A stretch of DNA of 56,242 bases, filler included, from Squatina squatina (GCA_031763465.1; 3 parts of 3 records of this genome joined end to end with filler, not necessarily neighbours in it), one strand, 5' to 3'; shown: positions 41,377 through 53,020, numbered from the whole stretch's first letter. Numbers and translations: made by a program. The notes: generated by a model not told the origin, from the sequence alone.

Positions 41377-42093
41377 CAGTCATGATAATAAAAAGAAATC
41401 CTGAAGTCAATATTCCATGGAGATGAAAGCGTACTAACGTGTTATTGCCAATCAAACTGTGTGTTGCTGAAACACAATCATAGCCGTTTTGTTTTTATTT
41501 CAAACTCCTTTGTTAATGGATCTATCTGTATAGAACAGTATCGGTTCTGTTGACAGTTGGGGCCAAATTAAGAATAGAGAAATCTAAATTAACAGTGCGT
41601 GAATCTGCTTGAAATGCAGTTTGATGCATCAGGCTGGGAAGCACCGCAAGGAGCATCAGCTGCAGACAGATCTATCAGAGTCTTGTAAAAATTAGCATTT
41701 TAATTCCGCAGACCATCGTAATGAGCTCTGCTAAATTAATGGCTATAATGAACTTGGAGGCGGACGGTTACTTAGCAGCTCAACATTCAGTAGCGCCACT
41801 CTTGCCAGAAATTGATCCTGGCACGTGAGAAAATGCCAGACAACTTATGGCAGATTTCATGGGGGGGAAGAAATAAACAGAATAAAGGAGAGAGGAGAGG
41901 GCACTAACTGGCTGAAGTGGAGGGAGCAACCAGAGTCCCTTCGATAATCCCAAATTGGGACTAATCTTCGCAGTCTACCAACATCTTAAAAGGATACAAG
42001 TCACTGAGATTATTGTACGGGAATGTCCGCACATCCTGCCAAGCCCTAGTGATTGGAGTGGAATTTGTTTAACTGAACATGACAAGCAGCAGT

Positions 42094-42193
42094 NNNNNNN
42101 NNNNNNNNNNNNNNNNNNNNNNNNNNNNNNNNNNNNNTTAATTAATTAANNNNNNNNNNNNNNNNNNNNNNNNNNNNNNNNNNNNNNNNNNNN
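42094..42193. other. Artificial scaffold linker N44-TTAATTAATTAA-N44
   Basis: Identical structure; 12-mer at 42138-42149. Confidence 0.95.
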
Positions 42194-43372
42194 AATCATT
42201 TTTGCTTACAAACAAAAAGAAAAAAAATGATACGAAGATGATTGTTGTACTTTTGTTTTGCTGAATGGTTTTATTGTGTTTTGTAAAGGATGTCCTTGCA
42301 AAGATATTATTATGTCATTAGTAATGACTTGCTAAATGTTCCTGTAGTTTTCTGCATCATTTCTCTCGAGCTAAAAAAAGTCTATTTCCCAATTCATCAC
42401 AAAAACTCTATTACTAAAGCAATTCTGTGTACTTCTTTCCATCTACATCTTTTTATAATAATGATAATATACAAATTACACTCACAGTACGATATGCTTT
42501 AATAAGCAAATAAATTCAAAGCTGAATAGCCTTGTCTTACGGCACCGTTGTAATTTACCCCAGGAAGTAATATATATCTCAAACACAGAAGCGGAATTAA
42601 CCCAGTTGAGACGAATACTAATGTTTGGAATGTTCAAAGATTTACACATTAAAAAAAAAAATCTTACTGTCTTGATGAAGCTGAGTCTGTGGAAAACATG
42701 GGATTTTACATACCTACCTACAATACACAGAATGCCTCACCAACTCTGCAAACCAGCCACTTATCATGGTGTACTGTAGCCAGATGATCACAAAGATAAA
42801 CTACTCTGAAAAGAGGGGAAACAACTGTTTATTCAGAAAGAAACTGGAATCTGAAAATTAGGAAACAGAATATATTTTTCCATTGAGATAATATACAGAA
42901 AAGTTAAGATGAGCTAGCACGTATGCAAAGTAGAACATTTTAAAATAATATATTAGTTTAAAAGTAACTTCCAGGTAGCAGTGAAAACAATTATAATTGA
43001 TTGCTATCCATTGAAAGGTTTTTCCACACTGCTGTTGTGCACTTATATGAGTATCAACTGAATGAATCACAAAAATATCCAGAATTAATTAACCACTTTT
43101 ATACAACATATATGTGGCTCTGCCCATTGTTTGTAGTATGCGCAAGTGTCATAGCAATGGGACCTTGACATCACTCATAACAAGCATTACTCAACCACAG
43201 ACAGTGCTTCCAACTCTAATGGCAATAATTTGTTTTATTTCAAAACTTGTTCAAAGTATATATATATATATANNNNNNNNNNNNNNNNNNNNNNNNNNNN
43301 NNNNNNNNNNNNNNNNNNNNNNNNNNNNNNNNNNNNNNNNNNNNNNNNNNNNNNNNNNNNNNNNNNNNNNNN

Positions 43373-43727
43373 TGCACTCCCCTGAGGAACCATTGCCCTC
43401 ACCAGTAGTTAGCGAGATGGACTCCGGGGACTCCTGCACTATGTGCCTGGTCCTTCTAGACTGTCTGGCAGTCACACATTCCCTCTCTGCCTGCAGTCTC
43501 TTAAACTGCGGCGTGACCACCTCCATAAATGTGCTATCTACGAAGTTCTCAGCATCGCGGATGCACCACAGTGACTCCAACTGCCGCTCTAGCTCCGAAA
43601 CCCGGAGCTCAAGTTGCTGCAGCTGGTGACACTTGCTGCACATGTGGTCGTCGAGGTCACTGAAAGTGTCCACAACTTCCCACATGGCACAGGATGTGCA
43701 TTCCACCCGGCTGAGCTGCCCTGCCAT
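43373..43727 (-). mobile_element. CR1 ORF1 N-terminus (Cys finger + leucine zipper)
   Basis: VECTSCAMWE..HMCSKCHQLQQLELRVSELERQLESLW. Confidence 0.75.
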
Positions 43728-43749
43728 GCTTTGCCTTTATAGATATTAG

Positions 43750-44190
43750 ACAGTAGGCCAGGAGTAGGCCATTAGGCCCCTCTAGCCTGCCCCGCCATTT
43801 AATGAGATCATGGCTGATCTGATTCTGATCTCAACTCCACTTTCCTGCCTGCTCCCCATAACCCTTGACTCCCCTATTGCTCAAAAATCTGTCTATCCCA
43901 GTCTTGAATACATTCAATGACTCAGCCGCCACAGCTCTCTGGGGTAAAGAATTCCGAAGATTGACAGCCCCCTCATTCTTCTAAACTCCAATGAATATAG
44001 ACCTAACCTGTTCAACCTTTCCTCATAGGACAACCCTTCCATCCCAGGAATCAACCCAGTGAACCTTCTCTGAACTGCCTCCAATGCAAGTATATCCATC
44101 CTTAAATAAGGGGACCAAAGCTGTATGCAGTACTCTTGGTGTGATCCCACCAGCACCCTGAACAGTTGCAACAAAACTTCCCTACTTTAA
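43750..44190 (-). mobile_element. CR1 ORF2 3' end plus tail, with internal deletion near 43965
   Basis: EYCIQLWSPYLRMDILALEAVQRRFTGLIPGMEGLSYEERLNRLGLYSLEFRRMRG jumps to IFGILYP. Confidence 0.85.
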
Positions 44191-44346
44191 TAGTTCATCC
44201 CCCTTGAAATTAATTGAGGAAAAATCAGTAGCAAACCAATGGGAGGNNNNNNNNNNNNNNNNNNNNNNNNNNNNNNNNNNNNNNNNNNNNNNNNNNNNNN
44301 NNNNNNNNNNNNNNNNNNNNNNNNNNNNNNNNNNNNNNNNNNNNNN

Positions 44347-45282
44347 ACTCCACAGCACCCCTTTTATGACTTTCGACCTCTGACCGATGAACTTCAATTT
44401 GTGGCACTAAATGTGATTTCCAGCTGTTGGGCTCTTTAAGATCAGAGTATTTATCTGCAGCTGGTTCAGGGATTTCCACCCAAGCTGCTTTATACTGAAC
44501 ACATTTCTTCTCTGTTGCAGCCTGTCCCTCCTCCTCTCCACTGGCTCTCCCTATCCTTGTTCCTTCCCATTCCTCAGTGGTCGCTGCCACCTCATGCTCA
44601 TCAAAGCTCACTTCCTGAACTGCTTCTTGCTTTTTAAATGAATCGCGCCGTTCTGTCCAATTTAACTTTCTCATTACGACTATATCTCGATCTCTCTCAT
44701 GTCTCTCCACTGTCCGTTCTCTTAGCCTTTGAGTTCCTGCGTGAACAGGGCATACATTCTCTCCCAAGCCCTGCCTGTCAGGTAAAGCTTGGACCTCACC
44801 TGCTGTACCCAGACTTTGAAGATCTTTCTGCAAAGCTTCACTTATTGCTTCACTTGGAGACATTTCTGGATGTTTCCTTGAGCCACACGATTTCTTATCA
44901 GCAAGATATGCAGCTGACAGTTTCTCCGCTGATTGCACGCGTTTCAGCAGAGGTGATCGTGGCGGTTCTCCAATGCGTGGTCGGACAGAATGTCTAACAA
45001 TGGTTGGAGGGGACAGCGTCTTGCCAGGGTATGACTGGGCATTCTTTGAGTAGCATGACAAAGGAGAGGGAGAGCGGTGTGGTGAGGGCGGTTGGGGTGT
45101 TGGTGATGGTGTGCAGGCCAGAGGGGAGGGTGGGATGCTGCTGGTCGATTTCCGACGCCCAGCCTTGTAACGTTGGCTATTGGGCTTAGGGGCCAATCCA
45201 TGCAGAGTACAGGGCCTGATATTCCCAGCTGGTGAGCCTGGAGCGCTGGGTCCAGGGGAGGTGCTCTGAGGTGAGTTAGTCC
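44347..45282 (-). CDS. MAST3: MAST3 last coding exon (C-terminal Ser/Pro-rich tail), truncated by gap before the stop codon
   Basis: Acceptor tttcttacag|GG on minus strand. Reads [33 protein letters not shown]...[24 protein letters not shown]...[17 protein letters not shown]...[19 protein letters not shown]...VPQIEV, matching the MAST3 C-terminus as I recall it. Confidence 0.92.
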
Positions 45283-45531
45283 CTGTAAGAAACAGAGAGG
45301 TTAGTTTCACTAGAGACCGTGATAAAGCTAATGTTTTATGCCTGTTAAATATAAAATTGGAACAGTAACTGGATCTCTACTGATGTCAAATCAGCTCAAT
45401 GACTCCTGTTAACTAGCTCGTACCCAGAAAGGAAAAGAGACATACATTTAACCCTGATAAACTATAACACAGTTTGTTCCACAATCCATCATAAGACAAG
45501 TATATGAAGCACAGAATAAATTGATTGTCAC

Positions 45532-45710
45532 CTGACTGGAGCTCAGGAGCAGGACTTCGACAGGGAGTTACTGGTCCCGGAGACAGGCTGTGAGTGGGTG
45601 ATCCTAGAACACTTTCACTGGACGATAGGGACTGGTGCAAGGCAGAGAAGCTTTTGCTTGTGTGTAATGCTGGTGCCTGCTTGGAAATCTTCTTGAAGTG
45701 TGATCGCTTT
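45532..45710 (-). CDS. MAST3: MAST3 penultimate coding exon (post-PDZ region), 179 bp
   Basis: ccatttacag|A-KRSHFKKISKQAPALHTSKSFSALHQSLSSSESVLGSPTHSLSPGPVTPCRSPAPELQS-G|gt. Phase 1 end joins the next exon in frame. PCRSPAP favours MAST3 over MAST1/2/4. Confidence 0.9.
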
Positions 45711-46084
45711 CTGTAAATGGCAGAAGTAACATTTGGTCAAATTATGCTTCTCATGTAAGAGACAAAATGAGGTACAGCGCAGTCCTGCAAATGCTGAGCA
45801 ACTGCAGCAGAGGAAGGGGGTTTCCAAAGGCAGCACTCGGTGCTGGGGTCATTTGCCATGAGTTGCTTCTGATAGCTGTTGTGAACATTCACACCACATT
45901 GTAGTTTGGTAAAGAATCAGGTTTAAATTGCCTGATGATGTCATTGCCCTTTCCCATAAAACATTTCTGCAAAACATGGATGTTTTCCATATTTTACTCC
46001 GGGTTTTTGATTCCTGGGAATTAGCCAGAAAAAAAGCAGCAACCTTGGACAAAAAATGGAAGAAGAGGCAGGTAGTCTGGCACG

Positions 46085-46187
46085 ATCGAGCTCGCCTGAC
46101 ACTGAGAGTGAGTAATGGACACAGCGCCATCGATCGATCGAGCTCCTGTGACACTGAGAGTCAGTAATGGACACAGCGCCATCGATC
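46085..46187. repeat. ~53-bp tandem repeat in MAST3 intron, cut by gap
   Basis: Two copies of GATCGAGCTC..GACACTGAGAGT..AGTAATGGACACAGCGCCATCGATC. Confidence 0.8.
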
Positions 46188-46337
46188 NNNNNNNNNNNNN
46201 NNNNNNNNNNNNNNNNNNNNNNNNNNNNNNNNNNNNNNNNNNNNNNNNNNNNNNNNNNNNNNNNNNNNNNNNNNNNNNNNNNNNNNNCGACCCGCGGCCC
46301 GAGCCTCACTCGCATATGGGGCGACCTTTGACCGTCA

Positions 46338-46812
<475 letters not shown>

Positions 46813-46813
46813 C

Positions 46814-46946
46814 CTGGTTATCAATAAACTCCCGGGTGTCCTTCTCGATGTGATCCTCGTACAGGTTGGTCGCCAGGTTCATGAGTCCGATCCTGGACAG
46901 CCCGAAGTCGGTCAGTTTGATGTGACCCATCGAGGTGATCAATAGG
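46814..46946 (-). CDS. MAST3: MAST3 kinase-domain exon (DFG/activation loop), 133 bp
   Basis: gttgcag|[45 protein letters not shown]|gtaggg; splices in phase 0 to the VCGTPEY exon. Confidence 0.95.
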
Positions 46947-47203
46947 CTGCAACCACAGTGTATGATCATCACTTACTGACCTCGTCATACTTCACAACAT
47001 CAACTCAGTGCACACAACACATTCACCCAATGGGGCATCGCCATCACCCCGTATATGGGGGAGGGGGTCAGGGCTCCGGTAGAGGGGGGATTTGNNNNNN
47101 NNNNNNNNNNNNNNNNNNNNNNNNNNNNNNNNNNNNNNNNNNNNNNNNNNNNNNNNNNNNNNNNNNNNNNNNNNNNNNNNNNNNNNNNNNNNNNTATCAG
47201 GTA

Positions 47204-47332
47204 GGGTTGGACTGGGCTGTATCGGGTTGGGTTGGACTGGGCTGTATCGGGTTGGGTTGGACTGGGCTGTATCGGGTTGGGTTGGACTGGACTGTGTCGG
47301 GTTGGGTTGGACTGGACTGTCTCGGGTTGGGG
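47204..47332. repeat. 25-bp minisatellite abutting a MAST3 donor site
   Basis: About five GGGTTGGACTGGGCTGTATCGGGTT units. Confidence 0.9.
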
Positions 47333-47338
47333 ACTTAC

Positions 47339-47548
47339 ATCATGCAGCATCTTCTCCAGATTTTCCTGTAACTCGAGGAAGTAGCGGGAGGTGATGAGGG
47401 CTTCATGTGACTTCTCCAGGCAGTCCCGCGCCAGTTCGATGATCTGATGGTGGATGAACCCAAGCACTCCATCCGCGAGTGGCAAAATGCTGTCGGGCGA
47501 GAAGCTGCTGACAATATCCTGAAGTCGTTCCTCCATCTGAGCTGTGGC
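47339..47548 (-). CDS. MAST3: MAST3 DUF1908 (pre-kinase domain) exon, 210 bp
   Basis: ggtgatag|[70 protein letters not shown]|gtaagt; 70 whole codons. Confidence 0.95.
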
Positions 47549-47847
47549 CTATCACCAATAGAAGAGAGAAACCATCAGGTTAATAGGGCGCGTGCAGCAA
47601 GTGTGTATAAAGTTCCAAAAAAAAAGTCAAGCAAAGATTGAAAGGGGCAACATGATAGTGACAGCGAGAATAGTGACAGGATTTCGAAGTTAGCCTTGAC
47701 GTTGATTGAGGGATAAATATTGGCCAGGGCACCGGAAAGAACTCACCNNNNNNNNNNNNNNNNNNNNNNNNNNNNNNNNNNNNNNNNNNNNNNNNNNNNN
47801 NNNNNNNNNNNNNNNNNNNNNNNNNNNNNNNNNNNNNNNNNNNNNNN

Positions 47848-48015
47848 CGGGCCCATTGCCTTTGCTGTATCCAGTGTGCTCAGCCGTTTCTTGATATCAC
47901 GTGGAGTGAATCGAATTGGCTGGATACTGGCTTCTGTGAGGATTGGGGACCTCAGGAGGAGACCGAGTAGAAGTTTATCGAATGCATTCTGAAACTCCAA
48001 GTGAATGTTATCCAA
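47848..48015 (-). mobile_element. Two abutting CR1-group LINE ORF2 fragments
   Basis: IQPIRFTPRDIKKRLSTLDTAKAMGP and DNIHLEFQNAFDK (degenerate YLDFQKAFDK). Confidence 0.65.
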
Positions 48016-48831
48016 TGATTGGCAGTCCTGAGCTGGACTGAAAAGCAGCTGTTGATGTATTTGTTAGCACATTCTAATGACCTACATATTTTTATCCTTC
48101 CAATGCAATTCAGGCTTTCGGTTCACTGAGGCCATGTCAGCAAGAAATAGCAGCAACCAACAACCTGCCTTCATCACATGTGGTTTGTTTCACTATTTCA
48201 ATGCTTACAACATTAACACTTTTTATTTCAAGGATATTAAAAACTCTGGGTTATGAACATTTCCTGCTGTGGAAGAATTGGACCAATTGGAATCAAAACA
48301 CCTGGCAAACACCTTCTGGAAAATCTTCAGACAGAGAACGTTATTACATGTCTTGATATGTGCATTGGCCCGGATATTCCCCTCTGATCACTGAACCAGC
48401 TCCTCACTCACTCGCCCCCTCAGCTTCCTGCACTCTGTCTGTATCGCCGTCTTTCTCTGATGTTCCATATGTGATGTGTGGTTTCCGTAGATCATCACTC
48501 AAGGTGCTGAGCTTAGCACGGCATCTCATTCAAGGAAAGACACGTCAAGAGATTTTTATCGCAAAACCCCCCCCTCTGCTATTTGGCAAGAATGGGGCAG
48601 AGTTTGACAGCAATTAGTGAGTTAGCTAGTTAGGATCAGGGTGAATGGGGCAGAGGTTGGCAGCATTGGATTAGGCTGGGGATAAGGTTAGGGTCTGGCT
48701 TCACATCAGTCACGTTCAGTAAGTAGTATCAAAGGGAGTTTTCTGCAACGTGACTCAGGTGGAACAGTGCTGTACGTTGCCGCGAGATCACTCACTTCAT
48801 CAGCTCCAGGAGCTGCACCAAGGCTGAAGAA

Positions 48832-48877
48832 ATGGGCTTGTTTCTGCTGCTGCCTGTTTGTCTACTGCTGTTTCGAG
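48832..48877 (+). CDS. Putative signal-peptide (leader) first exon of an unidentified secreted/membrane protein
   Basis: Strong Kozak (gaaATGG), MGLFLLLPVCLLLFR-G, then phase-1 donor G|gtaagc. No downstream exon visible. Confidence 0.5.
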
Positions 48878-49179
48878 GTAAGCTGGTGTTGTGTGTCGGT
48901 ATAACCATGTGGTCTTATATCTCATATACCAGAAGTGAAAGCGACAACTGTGGAGAATTATCAGATTAAGCAATAGTTTAAGAGATTACAAAAAGAGACA
49001 ATGAGTTTATCAAATAACCACAAGATTGTTATAGCTGGTTCCTTCATGACTGGAGACTCTTAAATCTGTGTTATAGCAAATTACAAACTCTCATATAATG
49101 GTGGAAGAGACCCTTTAAAACTACATTAAAACTGTGATTAGGAAATTGTAGTGTCACATCACACTCTGCACTCTTAGCA

Positions 49180-49640
49180 AGTGTGTCTATAGTGTGTGTG
49201 TGCCTGTAGTGTGTGTGTCTGTCAGTAATGTGTCTATAGTGTGTGTGTGTCTGTAGTGTGTGGCTGTATGTGGTGTGTCTGTAGTGTGTCTGTAGTGTGT
49301 CAGTCTGTAATGTGTGTGTCTATAGTGTGTGTCTGTCTGTAATGTGTGTGTCTGTAATGTGTGTGTCTGTAGTGTGTGTGTCTGTAATGTGTGTGTAGTG
49401 TGTGTGTGCAGTGTGTGTCTGTAATATATGTGTCTGTAGTGTGTCTGTCTGTAGTGTGTGTGTCTGTAATGTGTCTGTCTGTAATGTGTGTGTCTGTAAT
49501 GTGTCTAGTGTGTGTGTAATGTGTCTGTAGTGTGTGTGTCTGTAGTGTGTCTGTAGTGTGTGTGTCTGTAGTGTGTCTGTCTGTAATGTGTCTGTAGTGT
49601 GTGTGTGCAGTGTGTGGCTGTATGTGGTGTCTGTGTCTGT
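49180..49640. repeat. TG-rich (GTGTGTCTGTA) low-complexity array
   Basis: Visible over ~460 bp. Confidence 0.92.
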
Positions 49641-49644
49641 AAAG

Positions 49645-49724
49645 TGTCTGTGGTATGCTCCTCCTGCACTATGTGGGAAATCAGGGATGCTTCCAGTGTC
49701 CCTGGTGACTATGTGTGCAGGAAG
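49645..49724 (+). mobile_element. CR1 ORF1 N-terminal fragment
   Basis: VVCSSCTMWEIRDASSVPGDYVCRK, homologous to 43727 copy. Confidence 0.7.
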
Positions 49725-49824
49725 NNNNNNNNNNNNNNNNNNNNNNNNNNNNNNNNNNNNNNNNNNNNNNNNNNNNNNNNNNNNNNNNNNNNNNNNNNNN
49801 NNNNNNNNNNNNNNNNNNNNNNNN

Positions 49825-50505
49825 CGCACCACAATCCGCTCAGACACCCTCTCCCTCGTTGCCTTTGGTGGCACTCCATACACCGACAATGACCGGACAG
49901 TCAGCCACAAAGTTTTTGTTCTTGCAGATGGGAATGTGCGTCAGTTCACGGAGAGGACAGAGATGGAGGTCGGGTGCAGTCACGCCTGCGTCGCTGTCTT
50001 GGACAACTTTGTGTATGTGGTGGGCGGCCAGCACCTGCTGTACAGGAGTGGCGAAGGGGCAGTCAGTCGGTGTTTCCGCTACGACCCCCACCTCAATCAC
50101 TGGCTGCGGATTCGGGCCATGCAGGAGGCTCGCATTCAGTTCCAGCTGGACGTGCTGCAGGGGATGCTGTTCGCCACTGGAGGCCGTAATCGGTCTGGGA
50201 GCCTCTTCACAGTCGAGCGTTACTCGCCACGACAGAATGAATGGACAAACGTGTGTTTCCTGAATCGTCGGACCTGGGGACACGCGGGCACATCCAGTGG
50301 GGGGAAGCTCTACATTTCTGGAGGCTACGGCATCACCATCGAGGATAAGAAATCTCTTCAATGCTACAGTCCCGAAACTGACCAGTGGGAATTGAAAACC
50401 CCGATGAATGAGCCACGGGTCCTTCACTCGATGGTCGGGGCCAATGAGAGGATTTACGCACTGGGTGGCCGAATGGACCACGTTGACCACTGCTTCGATG
50501 TCCTG
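49825..50505 (+). CDS. KLHL26: Kelch-like protein 26, kelch-repeat part of the large exon (both ends cut by gaps)
   Basis: 227 open codons: SLVAFGGTPYTDNDR...EMEVGCSHACVAVLDNFVYVVGGQHLLYRSGEGAV...RRTWGHAG...LYISGGYG...EPRVLHSMVG...YALGGRMDHVDHCFDVL; GG/Y/W kelch pattern and KLHL26-specific motifs. Confidence 0.93.
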
Positions 50506-51599
50506 NNNNNNNNNNNNNNNNNNNNNNNNNNNNNNNNNNNNNNNNNNNNNNNNNNNNNNNNNNNNNNNNNNNNNNNNNNNNNNNNNNNNNNNNNNNNNNN
50601 NNNNNCATTACGCCGCATTAGTGCCACCGCTGAATTTTTTTTTAAAGAGATCCATGCCTCATCACTTTGCAGGAACCTGAACCCGGCACTAACAGATCCT
50701 TTTTTCGGTGCCTAATGCTGCCAACATGGCACAAACCAATTGAGAGCACTGTATTTTTATTTTTTGGTAGAATTGCACTTTGATATGAAAATATAAATTT
50801 TGTGAACAGTGAAAACTGGAGGTCACACTTTAAAATATTCGCATTTAGGCCGCAATTTCACCGCCGCTCAGTGGGCGGGACTATGGGCAGGTCTGCCAGG
50901 AAATTGACAAAGATTGACAGTGGGTCAGGACCCCGCTGGCAACCCACCTCCAAGCGCCTTTCCCAAATGTCCGGTCTGCCTGCACTGAGCAAACCTGACC
51001 GGCAGTGGTGAGGGAGGCAATTGATCCAATTATTAGCTTGTTTAGAAGCCCTTAACATTGATACTTTACTCATCTTTTAACTTTACCAGGTCGCCCCCGG
51101 ATTTCACACTGCTCCTGGACCCTGTCTGTTCATCTGAGGCGGAGGTTGAGTGGCCATTGAAACAGGTGATTGGTGACAGTGCTAAAACATGTATAAAACC
51201 TCACACTTTACACTTGCATACTTTCCAAACCCAGAGACTCTTTGGTTTCTCCTCTTGGAGGACAGATTGCGCTTTATGCAGGCTGCATGTATTTGTAGCA
51301 AACTCTCCAGCCAGGCTCACCTCATTGCAGCAACTTCTCTCATCTTTCACAGAGTGCTTCTGTCATCTCACTTTCAATTAGTTTCTACTCCATCAGGGTG
51401 GGAACCATTTACACTCTGTCACCTTGGTCCTCAGAATCTGACCACGATGAATCCCAACACCAGCATCACCAGGCACATCAGCAGCACCAACAACACCACC
51501 AACCTTCTCCACAATCAACTGATGCTGCACAAGACAGAGGGCATCAGCACCCGACTACATTGCCTGACACCTTTCCCAGCCATTGTCTCAGGATGATCC

Positions 51600-51890
51600 A
51601 TACTGTTCACAATTTCAGCATCCTAGTTGACCACGAATTGAGCTTCCAACCCTATATTCTCTCCAGCACAAAGTCTGCCTATTTCCACCTCTGTAATATC
51701 GCCCACCTCTGTCCATCTGCTGCTGAAACCCTCATGCATGCCTTTGCCAGCTCAAGACTCAGCTATTCCAGCTTTGATCTGGCAGGCTCCCATTCTCCAT
51801 GCTCTGTAAACCTCAGCTCATGCAAAATAGGCTTGTATCCTATCATGCACCAAATCCCACTCACCCATCATCCCTGTTTTTGCTGTCCTT
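51600..51890 (+). mobile_element. L2 ORF2 C-terminal fragment
   Basis: VHNFSILVDHELSFQPYILSSTKSAYFHLCNIAHL..AETLMHAFASSRLSYS. Confidence 0.75.
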
Positions 51891-52084
51891 GGTGCTAGCG
51901 AATGCGATAATGTTCCGGGTTCCGTGCTGGCCGCCTGCAGTGACTATTTCCATTGAGTCCTCCCTCCACTCGCAGTTACTGTCTCCATGTTCACCAGCGG
52001 TACAAGGCAGGGCGGCTCACTGAAGCCGACCCCCAGCCTGACTCCTGACCTCCAGCCCAACCCCCCCAGCCCTCAGCCCGCAGA

Positions 52085-52485
52085 GCGTTGCACTGTTGGA
52101 GGGAGCACTGTGCTGTCGGAGGGGTAGTACTGAGCGAGAGCTGCACTGTCGGAGGTATAGTACTGAGGGACCGCTGCACTGTCAGAGGGGAAGTATTGAG
52201 GGAGTGTTGCATTGTCATGGATGCCATCTTTTGAATGAGGCATTAAACCGAGTCCCTGTCTGTCCTCTCAGGTGGATATAAAAGCTCGCATAACAATATT
52301 CGAAGAAGAACAAGGGAGTTCTCCCCAGTGTCCTGGGACCAATAATTTTCCCTCAATCAACATCACTAAAACATTACCTGGTCACTATCACATTGCAGTT
52401 TGTGGGAACTTGCTGTGCGTATATTGGCTGACGCATTTCCTACATTACAACAGTGACTACACTTCAAAATAATTTCTTGGCTGCG
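52085..52485 (+). mobile_element. SacSINE1/Deu-domain-like SINE with internal ~33-bp tandem expansion
   Basis: TTAAACCGAG..CTCAGGTGGATATAAAAG..CGAAGAAGAACAAGGGAGTTCTCCCC..CCTACATTACAACAGTGACTACACTTCAAAA. Confidence 0.8.
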
Positions 52486-52649
52486 AAGACCTATCTCCTG
52501 CGCAAGTCGTCTTCATCATTCCTCAAATCAACATCGGAGAGAGGCCCTGGACTGGAAGTACAGGGAACCAGACACTCTGGGGGAAAGGGGAGAGTGGGTT
52601 GGGTGTATAGGAGGGAGGGAAGAATGCAAAGCCTCTCCAGCTGTTCTAG

Positions 52650-52716
52650 CCGTACAGGCTGACGCTGCATGCGTGCTGACGTACGGTGAAGGAGTCGATT
52701 CAGGAAAATGGCGGCG
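52650..52716 (+). promoter_or_regulatory. CRTC1 proximal promoter/5'UTR, CpG-rich
   Basis: CRE half-sites TGACG at 52660 and TGACGTA at 52677; GCATGCG (NRF1-like) between them; YY1-type AAAATGGCGGC overlapping the ATG. Confidence 0.55.
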
Positions 52717-52833
52717 TCGAACAACCCGCGGAAATTCAGCGAGAAGATCGCGCTCCACACCCAGAAACAGGCCGAGGAGACGGCGGCTTTCGAGGAGGTG
52801 ATGAAGGACCTGAGCATCACCCGGGCGGCCAGG
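52708..52833 (+). CDS. CRTC1: CRTC1 exon 1 (CREB-binding TORC_N domain), 126 bp
   Basis: [42 protein letters not shown]|gtgagt in CpG-rich context. Confidence 0.96.
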
Positions 52834-52867
52834 GTGAGTGGGGCGGGGAGCGGGAGCGGGGGCGGTA

Positions 52868-52898
52868 CCAGGCCCAGGCCCAGGCCCAGGCCCAGGCC
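52868..52898. repeat. (CCAGGC)n in CRTC1 intron 1
   Basis: About five hexamer units. Confidence 0.85.
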
Positions 52899-53020
52899 GC
52901 NNNNNNNNNNNNNNNNNNNNNNNNNNNNNNNNNNNNNNNNNNNNNNNNNNNNNNNNNNNNNNNNNNNNNNNNNNNNNNNNNNNNNNNNNNNNNNNNNNNN
53001 TCACCCTGTTTGTGTTGCAG

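Noticed and set aside
49320-49910. Thr/His-rich ORF and the Val/Cys N-terminus of ORF 49558
   Set aside because: TG low-complexity repeat and CR1 fragment fused to KLHL26 across a gap.
49840-50490. 216-aa antisense ORF
   Set aside because: Shadow of the KLHL26 coding exon.
51398-51898. His/Gln-rich 166-aa ORF
   Set aside because: Low-complexity, probably transposon-derived start fused to an L2 ORF2 fragment.
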